The translations under genes and the position numbers were made by a program. From an uncultured delta proteobacterium (GTDB lineage: Bacteria; Desulfobacterota; Binatia; UBA9968): a stretch of 64,000 nucleotides of DNA. Location of the stretch: positions 320,001-384,000 of the forward strand of contig CAWJBB010000040.1 of NCBI GenBank assembly GCA_963840855.1, written 5' to 3'. Below, piece after piece: positions 41,403 to 51,827 of the stretch (positions are counted from its first letter, which is position 1; the number at the start of each line of letters is the position of its first letter). The notes beneath the pieces are model-generated. The model did not search any database. It was not told the origin of the DNA and saw only the letters and a program-made list of their open reading frames with translations.

Positions 41403-42410
41403 GTGCCTAAGAGAAAGGCGATGAAAACGTGGTTTCCGGTTTTTCTGGTTGCGCTGCTCCTGGCTTTAGCCGAAGGTTTTGCCGAAGCGCAGCAGCGTGC
41501 GAAGGTCCCGCGGGTGGGCTACCTTGGGGGGACGGCTCCGCGGCTATTCGAGGCATTTCAGCAAGGTCTACGTGAGCTCGATTACGTTGAGGGACAGAAC
41601 ATCATCGTTGAGGGCGGAATCACCCACGAAAGTGCACTTCACTCGCGTGCTGCCGAACTCGTGCGACTGAAACCTGAGGTCATCGTCGTAGCCAGCGCGT
41701 CAGCAGCCGACGCCACTTTAAACGCGACCCGAACGATTCCGATCGTTCTTACTGATCCGGGAGTGGACCCTGTTGCGACGGGCTTGGTTGCTACCCTGGA
41801 GCGGCCTGGCGGGAACGTTACGGGAGTTGGCGGCATGGCTACGCAGTTAGGCGGTAAATGGCTGGAGCTTCTGAAGGAAGCGATTCCGGGGGTGCGCCGT
41901 GTTACGGTTTTCTGGCATCAAAATCAGAAGCGCACTATACCACTTTGGAAGGAAGTTGAGATCACTGCCCGCTCCTTACGTGTCGAATTGCTGCCGATCC
42001 ATGTTTGGTACAGAAGAGGGGGTATCGGAGCAAGAATAAGATCGGATGACTTAGGGATTGCGTTCCGGGGTGCTAGGCGTAGAGGCGCCGAAGCCCTCAT
42101 CGTGTTAGCTGGTGGTTACGACTTAACTCGGACTGCCCAACTCGCGTTACAGCATCGCCTTCCGGCAATTTACTGGCAAGCCGGATTTACGGAGGCTGGC
42201 GGCTTAATGGCCTATGGGCCCAAACTTCAAGAACAGCATCGGCGAGCGGCATACTTCGTAGATAAGATCCTGAAAGGCGCCAAGCCGGCAGACCTTCCCC
42301 TCGAGCGACCAACGCAGTTCGAGCTCGTGATCAATTTAAAGACTGCGAAAGAGATCGGTGTAACTGTACACCCCGAGGTGCTGATGTGGGCGGACCGGGT
42401 CATTGAGTGA
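41403..42410 (+). CDS. ABC_sub_bind family substrate-binding protein
   Basis: FQQGLRELDYVEGQN, RPGGNVTG, GGLMAYGP, ILKGAKPADLP.E.PT.FELVINLKTA. Confidence 0.9.
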   Translation: MPKRKAMKTWFPVFLVALLLALAEGFAEAQQRAKVPRVGYLGGTAPRLFEAFQQGLRELDYVEGQNIIVEGGITHESALHSRAAELVRLKPEVIVVASASAADATLNATRTIPIVLTDPGVDPVATGLVATLERPGGNVTGVGGMATQLGGKWLELLKEAIPGVRRVTVFWHQNQKRTIPLWKEVEITARSLRVELLPIHVWYRRGGIGARIRSDDLGIAFRGARRRGAEALIVLAGGYDLTRTAQLALQHRLPAIYWQAGFTEAGGLMAYGPKLQEQHRRAAYFVDKILKGAKPADLPLERPTQFELVINLKTAKEIGVTVHPEVLMWADRVIE

Positions 42411-42465
42411 GAAGGGGCCAGTGTCAAGTGTCGAGTGACAAGTGGAGGGAGACGGAGAAGAAAAC

Positions 42466-43494
42466 GTGAAGAAGAAAGTCACCGTCCTGACCCTTAGGGC
42501 TAGGCTCTTTGCGCTTGGCCCTATGTGCTCTGCGCTTTGCCTCTTTGGCGCTGTGCTCTTTGTGCTTAGCATTCCAGCCCACGCGCAGCAGCCGATGAAA
42601 GTTCCACGGATAGGATTCCTAAGCTCCTCTTCTCGTTCCTCGGACTCAGCACATGTCGAGGCATTTCGGCAGGGGCTGCTTGAGCTTGGTTACGTAGAGG
42701 GAAAGAACATCATCATTGATTACCGCTACGCTGAAGGTCAGTCGGATCGCCTCCCCGCCTTTGTAGCCGATTTGGTAGATCTCAAGGTTGACGTGCTCGT
42801 TACTTTAGGTACGCCCCCTACTATGGCTGCCAAGGGCGCTACCAAGACGATTCCCATTGTAATGATTGCTGGGGACGCTGTTGGAGTTGGGCTGGTTGAC
42901 AGTCTCGCGCGGCCGCGAGGTAACATCACAGGGATAAGCGACCTTACACACCATCTAAGCGGTAAACGGTTGGAGCTGCTTAAAGAAACCGTCCCCAAGC
43001 TCTCTCACGTCGCTGTGCTATGGAATCCGGACGGTCCAGGTTCCACACTCGGCTGGAAAGAAAGCCAGCTTGCGAGCCGGGAGCTAGGTCTCCAACTTCA
43101 CTCAATGGCGGTACGGACCCTCAACGCTTTCGAGGGCGCGTTCGAGGAGGCGACGAGGACGGGAAGCGGTGCCGTCATACAAACGGGAAACGTGTTCTTT
43201 TATGCCAACCAAAAACGGATCGCGGAACTTGCGATAAAGCACCGGTTGCCGGCGATCTACGCGCGGAGGGAGTGCGTTGAGATCGGCGGCCTTATGTCGT
43301 ATGGGCCGGATTCTGCCGTATTCCGCCGCCTCGCATACTTCGTGGATAGAATTCTTAAAGGCGCTAAGCCTCGCGAGCTTCCGGTGGAGCGGCCGACCAA
43401 GTTCGAACTGGTGATCAATCTAAGAACGGCTAAAGAGATCGGTGTCACCATTCCACCTGACCTGCTCATGTGGGCGGACGAAGTAATCAAATGA
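42466..43494 (+). CDS. ABC_sub_bind family substrate-binding protein
   Basis: AFRQGLLELGYVEGKN, SLARPRGNITG, KRLELLKE, PVERPTKFELVINLRTA. Confidence 0.9.
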   Translation: MKKKVTVLTLRARLFALGPMCSALCLFGAVLFVLSIPAHAQQPMKVPRIGFLSSSSRSSDSAHVEAFRQGLLELGYVEGKNIIIDYRYAEGQSDRLPAFVADLVDLKVDVLVTLGTPPTMAAKGATKTIPIVMIAGDAVGVGLVDSLARPRGNITGISDLTHHLSGKRLELLKETVPKLSHVAVLWNPDGPGSTLGWKESQLASRELGLQLHSMAVRTLNAFEGAFEEATRTGSGAVIQTGNVFFYANQKRIAELAIKHRLPAIYARRECVEIGGLMSYGPDSAVFRRLAYFVDRILKGAKPRELPVERPTKFELVINLRTAKEIGVTIPPDLLMWADEVIK

Positions 43495-43571
43495 CATGGC
43501 ACTAGTCATGACGCAATAGGCAGCACGCGATAGGCCAGAATGCCGAATCCAAAATCCAAAACCTGTGCTGA

Positions 43572-45483
43572 GTGGAGTCGAAGCATCGAAAATCTAAAGG
43601 CGCAAATTGCTCACTCTTCCACCGACGCAGGCGTGGACGGCTTGTTCGTCATTATTTTCTCATCTCGTTATTGTTGATTGCCGGCGGGTTGATTAGTAGC
43701 GCCCTCGTCGAGATCTATTTTCGCTATCGCGAAAGCCAGGAGCAAATTGCCCTCCTCGAACGCGAGGCAGCCGCCGTGGCCGCTTTAAAGATCGAACGGT
43801 TCGTGCAGGAAATCGTTACCGCAATCAAGTCATCGACCAAGAGCCGTGAGGTCATGCAGAGCAAGGTTTCGCCCGAATACTGAGATTTGAGCTGAAAAGG
43901 CTTCTCTATTTGGCCCCTGCAATCACTGAAGCCGTGGCCCTCGATATCGACGGAGCAAACAGGCTCAGGTTTCCCGCGCTGGCGCTGTTTCTCAGGATGC
44001 AAGGTCGGATTTTGCCGCCTCGTCTGGCTTTCAGCGGGCCCTCCAAGGAAGGCCTGACTACGGCCCGGTCTACTTCGTGCAAAACTCCGAGCCTTATATG
44101 ACGATTGCTTTTCCTATCGAGCAGTTCGCCGGAACGGTTATTGGGGTGCTTCAGGCCGAAGTAAACCTCAAGCACGTCTGGGATATCGTCTCAAACATCA
44201 AAGCCGGGGAAGCCGGCTATGCCTATGTAGTAAGCCGCTCGGGCGATCTCATTGCCCACCGGGATAACAGTTTGGTCTTGCGGCGGCAAAATCTAGGTCA
44301 TCTCACTCAAGTGAAAGGGGCTTTTGAATTCGTCTCGGGCGCGCCTCGACCTAGAGTGACGGTAGCTTCTAATCTCGAAGGTAAAAGAGTCATCAGCGCC
44401 AACGCCTTTATCCCTAGCCTCCAGTGGCTTGTTATCATTGAGCGGCCCGCGGAAGAGGCCTACACGCCGCTGTATGCTTCAATGCTGCGGACTTCTGCTC
44501 TTCTTTTAGTCGGCTTCACTATGGCGGTGCTGGCGAGCTTGTTTGTGGGGCGACGGGTGGTTCGGCCTCTTGAGGCGCTTCGACGTGGCGTAGAACGAAT
44601 CGGCAAAGGGGATTTGAATCATCGCCTCGCTCTTAAAACAGGCGACGAGATCGAGATTCTCGCTGACGAGTTCAACGAGATGGCCGGGCATCTTAGGGAG
44701 GCTTACACGGGCCTTGAGCGCAAGGTGGTCGAGCGGACGCAGGCGTTGACGATTGCCAATGAGAAACTTGGAGAGGCGAGCCGACACAAATCACAGTTTC
44801 TTGCCAACGTAAACCATGAACTCCGCACCCCTGTCAGCGCGATCATCGGTTATGCGCGTTTGGTTCTGCGCGCAACCGAGGGCAAGATCGCTCAGTTGCA
44901 AAGAGAGAATCTCCAAGATCTCCTCCATAACGCTGAGCGTCTGCTCAATCAGATCGACAGCTTGCTCGAATTCGTAAGATCGAGGCAGGCAAGATGGAAG
45001 TGCGACGTGGAACCGGTCAAGGTGAACGAGGTCATCCAGGGAGCTATATCGACCATCGAACCGATGTTGAACGGTGACAGCGTTCGAATCATTCGAGAAA
45101 TCGCTCCAGACATACCGGCCTTAAACACGGATCGCGAGAAGCTGAGACAGATCATTCTCAACCTTTTGGGTAATGCGGTAAAGTTTACCGAGCGCGGTGA
45201 GATTAGGATTTCTGCTTGCCAGCAAAACGGATCATTGAATTTGGCCGTCTCGGACACCGGAATTGGGATCGAAAAGAAGGATCTGGATCAAATCTTCGAA
45301 AAGTTTCACCAGGGGGATCTGTCGAGCAGCAAGAAATATCGAGGCACGGGTCTGGGGCTGGCCATTGTCAAGAAGTTCGTGAACCTTTTGGGCGGGGAGG
45401 TCGCGGTTGAGAGCGAAGTGGGCAGAGGATCGGTCTTCACGGTGACGCTGCCGTTTGAGCACGGAGAAAGTGTGTCCGTTTAA
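43572..45483 (+). CDS. Cache-HAMP sensor histidine kinase (frameshifts near 43880, 43960 and about 44990; start uncertain)
   Basis: Two TM helices, Cache region (PYMTIA, GYAYVV), HAMP, NHELRTP, NLLGNAVKFT, DTGIG, GTGLGL, G.GSVF. Confidence 0.85.
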
Positions 45484-45546
45484 TGTCTTTGGGTTAATTC
45501 CCCGCAGCTTGCTGCATAGTGGTGATCGGTAGCACTGCCGGACTCC

Positions 45547-45690
45547 GTCATTCCCGCATGCTTTTAGCGGTGGCTCGACTGGGCTCGCCACACTGGCAGC
45601 TTGTCGAAGTGGAATCCAGGCGAGACCGAAACTGGACCCTCGTGGTGAGCATAGTCGAACCACGATTAAAACATTCGGGGGTGACGCCTT
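45547..45690. repeat. Composite REP-like palindrome with inserted mini-units
   Basis: GTCATTCCCGC...GGAATCCAG...CTGGACCC...GGGGGTGAC, interrupted by TGAGC-N4-GTCGAA-like units. Confidence 0.55.
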
Positions 45691-45821
45691 GGGATCATTT
45701 GATACCCCGCTGCTTGCGGTGGGGTTCTTCATTTCGACCGTGCCCAAAGGGATTGTCATGCCCGCGAAAGCGGCATCCAGGGTGACCATGGCGAGCTCGA
45801 GAGAGCGAAGACTGGATTCCC

Positions 45822-46853
45822 TAAATTCACAAACCAAGTGCAACACTTTCTGTATAAGGTGTTGCAATGGGACAACGCTATGCACAGTTTTCGCTTGAAG
45901 AGCGCTGTACACTTTCCCGACTTAAGAAGCCGGGAAAACAGTGCGCCAAATCGCGGCAGCTATGGATCGCGCGCCATCGACTATAGCCCGAGAACTTAAG
46001 CGCAACAGTGGCACACAGGTAGAGCTACCAGCCTGTTTACGCACAACAGCAGGCCAAAGCCGCCGCTGGAAGGGGAGTCGATTGCTGCGTCAGCCTGAGC
46101 TTCAGAAAGAGGTCCTCAAACGGCTTGAGTATGGTTGGTCGCCCGCCCAAGTCGCTGGACGCTTGCGCAAGGAAAAAGGACGTAAGGTCATCAGCTACGA
46201 ATCGATCTATCGGTTTATTGATGCCCAGATTCGCCGAACCAAAGACTACAGCTGGCGCCATTATCTTCCCCGAGCAAAAGCTAAGCGCGGTTGGCGTGGG
46301 CGCAGAGGCGGAAGGCGGTCGACCGCATCGAGGGGCGCATCGCTATCGATCGGCGCCCGGCCTACATTCACAAACGCCGCCAACCGGGCCATTGGGAAGC
46401 GTACTTATGCTCTTTGCCAAGTATGGCCAGGCTGTTCTGGTTGCTCATGAAAGGCGCTCGCGCTTGCTTGTTGTGAGCCGTCAACCCAATAAGGCTGCTG
46501 AACCAGTAGCTACTAAGCTCATTGAAATGTTTCGCTCTCTACCCAAGTCGTTACGTCGAACCATCACCTTCGATAACGGCGCTGAGTTCTCCTATCACCA
46601 TCGACTCCATAGATTAGAAATGCGTACCTTCTTCTGCGACCCTCATGCGCCCTGGCAAAAAGGTGGCATTGAAAACGGCATCGGAAGGATGCGCCGCGGC
46701 CTGCCTAGGAAAACTGATTTGGCGACACTCTCCGACCAACGCTTGCTGTCGCTCCTTCGTTCTTATAATCACACTCCTAGAAAGTGCCTTAACTACAAAA
46801 CTCCGGCAGAGGTTTTTATCGGTGACCTGTTGCACTTCAAATGTGAATCCACC
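45822..46853 (+). mobile_element. IS30 family insertion sequence inserted in a palindromic repeat
   Basis: IRL TAAATTCACAAACCAAGTGCAACA vs IRR(rc) TGGATTCACATTTGAAGTGCAACA; TTCCC duplicated at 45817-21 and 46854-58. Confidence 0.85.
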
Positions 46854-46874
46854 TTCCCGTTTTCACGGGAATGA
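45867..46874 (+). CDS. IS30 transposase (several frameshifts)
   Basis: MGQRYAQFSLEERC, STIARELKRN, WSPAQVAGR, ISYESIYR, GHWE, TFDNGAEF, PWQKGGIEN, NHTPRKCL. Confidence 0.85.
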
Positions 46875-46964
46875 CGAAAGGGGAAGCATGTCGACTTTGA
46901 ATCGAGCTTTCCGGAAGCATTCGACATGGAGCCGAGGGTCGTTCGGCCAAAAAGAACATCAGCC

Positions 46965-48307
46965 ATGAGCGAGAAGATTTTAATCGTGGACGATGAGCCG
47001 TCCAATAGGAATATTCTCGGCCAGGAGTTGACCCACGAGGGCTATTCGGTTTTAGCGGCAAGCGATGGTCGCGAGGCGCTCAGAAAAGTCGAGTCGTCTC
47101 GGCCCGATCTGATTATTCTCGACTACATGATGCCTGACCTGAGCGGCTTGGAAGTCCTAAAAGAACTTCGCAAGAGAGAGAATGATACTCCTGTGGTGAT
47201 GATAACAGCCTACGGAACGATGGAGCGGGCGGTCGAGGCGATGAAAGAGGGAGCCTACGATTTCATTACCAGGCCATTTGAGCCGGACCATATCGCCCTG
47301 GTGGTGCGGAAAGCACTGGAACGGCAAAGGCTCAAGCGCGGTGTCGAGATTCTCTCGGAGGAGGTCGAAGAACGCTATCGTTTGGTTGTCGGCGAAAGCG
47401 CCGAGATGAAGCAGGCCGTCGATCTGGCGAAGAAAGCCGCTGGCAGCAGCGCGACGGTGTTGCTTCTCGGTGAAAGCGGCACGGGCAAAGAGATCTTCGC
47501 TCGCGCCATTCACAACTGGAGTGAGAGAAAAGAGCGGCCATTCATCGCCATTAATTCGGTCGGTCTTTCAAAGGAATTGCTGGAAAGCGACCTATTCGGC
47601 CACGAGCAGGGCGCGTTTACCGGCGCCCACAAAATAAAAAAGGAAAGATCGAACTGGCGAACGGCGGAACGATCTTTTTCGACGAGATTGGCGACATCTC
47701 GCGGGAGATGCAAGCCAAACTCTTACGCTTCCTTCAAGAACGCGAATTCGAAAGAGTGGGTGGCGTGACGCCTATTTCGGTCGATGTTAGGATGATCGCC
47801 GCGACCAACCGCGATCTTGAAGCCGCCGTGCGCAATGGGTCCTTTCGCGATGATCTCTATCACCGCCTCAATGTCGTGGCGATTATCACGCCCCCGCTGA
47901 GAGAACGCAAAGAGGACGTTCCTATTCTTGCGGATTTCTTTTTGCAAAAGTTTTCAACTGCAACCCGTCGCAAAGTCGCAGGGATCAGTGAGCAAGCTCA
48001 AATGCGGTTGTCAGCGTATGACTGGCCTGGTAACGTCCGCGAGCTGGCGAACGCCATCGAACACGCGCTTGTCCTGGGCGTTGGCTCGGTGGTTACTATA
48101 GACGATTTGCCTTCTCGAGTCACTGCGGAAACGCCGCTGCAAGCTTTAGAGAATCTATCCTACCGGGAAGGGATCACCGCCGCCCGAAAAGAACTAGTCG
48201 TACGAGCGCTGCGCCGCACTGATGGAAATCGCTCCGCCGCCGCCAAGCTTCTAGGGCTGGAAGCCAAGTATTTCTTGAAGTTGATAAAATCGCTGCAAAT
48301 CGATTGA
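46965..48307 (+). CDS. Sigma54-dependent NtrC-family response regulator (frameshift in A-run near 47640)
   Basis: Receiver (VDDE, LDYMMP), GESGTGKE, GAFTGA, ATNRDL, WPGNVREL, Fis-type HTH. Confidence 0.92.
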
Positions 48308-48456
48308 TCGCCCTTTATATTCCCCGGGGGCAAAACACGGAGATGGCTATTCATCGCCAGATCCAGGGTCACGAATCGAGTCTTAGTCTTCATCGCATTC
48401 TCGTATTGACCGAGCCTACCGTTTCGTGCATTGATCTTTGTCGCGATACAAAAACC

Positions 48457-50311
48457 ATGAATGAATCAAAAAGCTGGGGCACCGCCGACATCCTCGCCAC
48501 GGTGCGGCGCTACTGGGGCTACACCGAATTGCGGCCACTGCAGGAACAAGCGATCCACGCCGAGCTAGATCACCGCGACTCCCTGGTCGTCATGCCGACG
48601 GGTGGCGGCAAGTCACTTTGCTATCAAGTCTCCGCCGAATTGGCGAAGCGGACGGACATCGTGGTATCGCCGCTCATTTCATTGATGAAGGATCAAGTCG
48701 ATGGCCTGCGCGAGTGCGGTTATCCGGCGGCGGCTCTTCATGGCGGCATGCCCGCCCACGCCCTCCGCGAAACCGAAGAGCAGTTCGCTGCCGGCCGCTA
48801 TCGATTGCTCTTCGTCGCCCCGGAGCGTCTGCTCCAGCCGCGACTCTTGCAGCTCATGGAGCGCGTTAACATAAATGCCTTCGCCATCGACGAGGCGCAC
48901 TGCATCAGCCACTGGGGACACGACTTTCGCCCGGAATACCGCCGCCTCGCCGAGCTCAAGAGCCGCTTCGCGCGCGCCAGCGTGCACGCCTACACGGCAA
49001 CCGCAACGGAACGGGTGCGCGCCGACATCGCCGAGCAACTTCGCTTACAAAACCCAACGGTACTCGTGGGAACGTTTGACCGTCCCAATCTCGTTTATCG
49101 GATCATTCCGCGCATCGACGCACAGGCTCAAGTGCTGACGGTCCTGCGGCGCCACCCAGGCCGGGCGGCGATTGTTTACTGCATCAGCCGCAACGATACC
49201 GAAACGATGGCGTCATTCCTTCAACGCAACCGGCTGCGCGCCGCGTTCTATCACGCCGGCATGGAAGCCGGCGAACGGCGCCGCACACAGGATGAATTCG
49301 CCGCCGAATCAATCGACGTGGTAGTCGCGACGGTGGCCTTCGGCATGGGCATCGACCGCAGCGACGTGCGTTGCGTCATTCACGCTGCCATGCCCAAATC
49401 GATCGAGCACTACCAGCAGGAAACCGGCCGCGCCGGACGTGACGGGTTAGAAGCGGAGTGCGTGCTTCTCTACTCGGCGGCTGACGTTCTGCGTTGGGAA
49501 TCGCTGATCGAAAAGAGCGCCCTCGACGCCAAAGAGCCCGCCGAAGTGATCGCCGCGTCGCGCGAGCTGCTGGAACATATGCGCCGGCTGTGTACCGGCG
49601 TTAATTGCCGGCACCGCAGGCTGTCCGAATACTTCGGACAACAGTATTTCAAAGCCCAACTGCGAGGCCTGCGATGTCTGTCTCAACGAGGTTGAAGGTC
49701 TGGCGGACGCCACGGTGACCGCGCAAAAAATTCTTTCCTGTGTGGCCCGCGCGGGCGAGCGCTTCGGCGGCGAACATATTGTCGATGTACTGCTCGGCGC
49801 CGACACCGAACGCGTGCGCCGCTGGGGCCATGAGAAACTCACGACCTACGGGTTGTTGAAAGGAACCAACCGAAAGTCGCTCACCAACATGCTCTATCAA
49901 TTGATCGACGCCGGCCTGCTCGAACGGAGCAGCGACGAGCGCCCGGTGCTGCGGCTCAATGAAGCCTCATGGGAAGTGCTGCGCGGCCAGCGCGCCGTGC
50001 GCCTCGTACAGCCCAAGGAAAAAGTCCAGAAGACCCGTATCGAAAAAAAGTCTTGGGAGAAGGTCGACGAAGGATTATTCGAAGCTCTCAGGATTTTACG
50101 CCGCAAACTCGCCGACCAACGCGGCGTGCCGGCCTACGTCCTATTCAACGACGCCACGCTCCGCGACATGGCGCGCGTGCGCCCAAGCACGTCGTCGGCC
50201 CTACTCGGCCTGCGTGGCGTCGGCGAAAAAAAACTCGCCGACCTCGGCCAGCGCTTCCTCGAAGAGATCGTCACCTACTGCGGGGAGAATCGGTTGCAGT
50301 TGGATGTTTGA
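48457..50311 (+). CDS. recQ: ATP-dependent DNA helicase RecQ (frameshift near 49650)
   Basis: MPTGGGKSLCY, DEAHCISHWGHDFRP, QETGRAGRDG, Zn-binding Cys, RQC and HRDC domains. Confidence 0.93.
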
Positions 50312-50342
50312 ACATCTCTAACGATAGAAAGAATACCGGGCG

Positions 50343-50788
50343 GAAAATCTAGCCAAACATATTTGAAGTTTTGATAGGAAAGGATCGTATCTCGCGCAAA
50401 GAGGCTAAGGACGCTAAGTTATAACCAAAGAAAAGGGACGGGTAAGGTGAGGCCATGGCGAACTTAGCGTGCTTGGCGCGAGGCAAATCCGAATCCGGAG
50501 AGGGAATATTTTCTCGCAAAAGGCGCAAAGACGCCAAGGTAAGATCGGACGTCGGGATGGGTTTGATTCTCCTTCGCCGAATACCTCGCAGCTTGCTGCG
50601 AGGATGAAGGTGAGGAGAACCCTCCGTAGCCTTGGCGAAGGAGGGTTGAAGGGCTTCGAAGAATTTCGCAAAGATACCTCGGAGTTTTGCTCCGAGGAGC
50701 TTCATTACTAAACTTTGCGCCTTGGCGCCTTGGCGAGAGAAAATCTTGAATTAGTTTTGTCTAACAAACTTCAGGATAGAATTTATAG
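50343..50788. repeat. Nested MITE-like intergenic element (8-bp CGCAAAGA/CTTGGCG arms plus an inner ATACCTCG...CGAGG palindrome pair)
   Basis: Arms at 50391-50418/50463-50483 and 50512-50538/50713-50740; inner palindromes ATACCTCGCAGCTTGCTGCGAGG and ATACCTCGGAGTTTTGCTCCGAGG. Confidence 0.6.
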
Positions 50789-50806
50789 CAAGAAGGAGTC
50801 AAAATC

Positions 50807-51619
50807 ATGCCCGAATACAAAACCATCAAAGTCACCCGGAAGAACAATTGCGCCACAATCGAATTTACCCCGCCGATGCTGGTCCACGACAAGAATGACG
50901 TCGCACCCAAGCCCGGCCGTCACCGCGAACTTGGCATCGCGCTGGAAGAGATCCGTTTCGATAATGAAATCCGTGTGGTCGTTATTACCGGGCAAGACGA
51001 CGTTTTCTGCATGACCGCGCCCAACCATCCGCACTTTCACGGCCATTCGCCGGACAAGACCTGGGACGGCCTGCAGGCGCTCCACCACACTTTCCAGCAG
51101 ATTATCGAGATCGAAAAACCGATCATCGCCAAAGTCAACGGCGGGGTAAAAGGATGGGGCTCCAGCCTGGTTTTTTCCTGCGACTTTATCCTCGCGCGCG
51201 AGGACGCGGTCTTTTGCGATCACCATCTCGGCATGGGCGACGGCAACCCTCCCGTCGGGAGACCCGGTGCCGGAATCGTACCCGGGGACGGAGGCTCGAT
51301 CTTCGTACCGCTCCATATGAGCCCGCCGCTCGCCCGCGAGTACCTTTGGCTGGGTAAGCAGTTGACCGGCAAGGAACTCTACGAGAGAGGCTGTATCAAC
51401 GCCGCGGTCCCGGCGAGCGAACTCGACTCGGTTTGCGACCGGATGGTCGACGCTCTCCTGCGCAGACCGCCCTACGCGTTAGCGTTTGCCAAGAGGGTGT
51501 TTAACCGCTTTTATGCGGAGCGGTTCAATTTGATGTTCGACATCGGCTACGCCTACGAAATGATGAACAAAGAACAGCATGAACGCTACGCCGGCGGCCG
51601 AGGAGTAGAGACGCTTTGA
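50807..51619 (+). CDS. Crotonase/enoyl-CoA hydratase superfamily protein
   Basis: EKPIIAKVNG, FSCDFILA, DHH...GIVPGDGG. Confidence 0.85.
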   Translation: MPEYKTIKVTRKNNCATIEFTPPMLVHDKNDVAPKPGRHRELGIALEEIRFDNEIRVVVITGQDDVFCMTAPNHPHFHGHSPDKTWDGLQALHHTFQQIIEIEKPIIAKVNGGVKGWGSSLVFSCDFILAREDAVFCDHHLGMGDGNPPVGRPGAGIVPGDGGSIFVPLHMSPPLAREYLWLGKQLTGKELYERGCINAAVPASELDSVCDRMVDALLRRPPYALAFAKRVFNRFYAERFNLMFDIGYAYEMMNKEQHERYAGGRGVETL

Positions 51620-51827
51620 GCGCTGCCTCGCGACTATCCGGCGGGCACCGTGTTCGACCACGGGCACGCTGGCCTGGTAAAAGGTAACCCAGTTCGAGCT
51701 GCCCTCGTTTGTCGTCAATAGTGGAGCTTGGGTCCTAGGCAATTCCTTGAACGCGACGAGAGCGAAAAATCTCACTTCGCGTCGTGGCTCGTGCCATGAC
51801 GTGAAAAAATTTAGTGGCAAATGGATC

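Noticed and set aside
43881-43883. TGA in the kinase gene as selenocysteine or readthrough
   Set aside because: The protein continues in a different frame, so this is an indel rather than recoding
51620-51820. Short minus-strand ORF between the crotonase and Mo enzyme genes
   Set aside because: It overlaps the crotonase stop, has no recognisable motif or RBS, and cannot be supported as a gene
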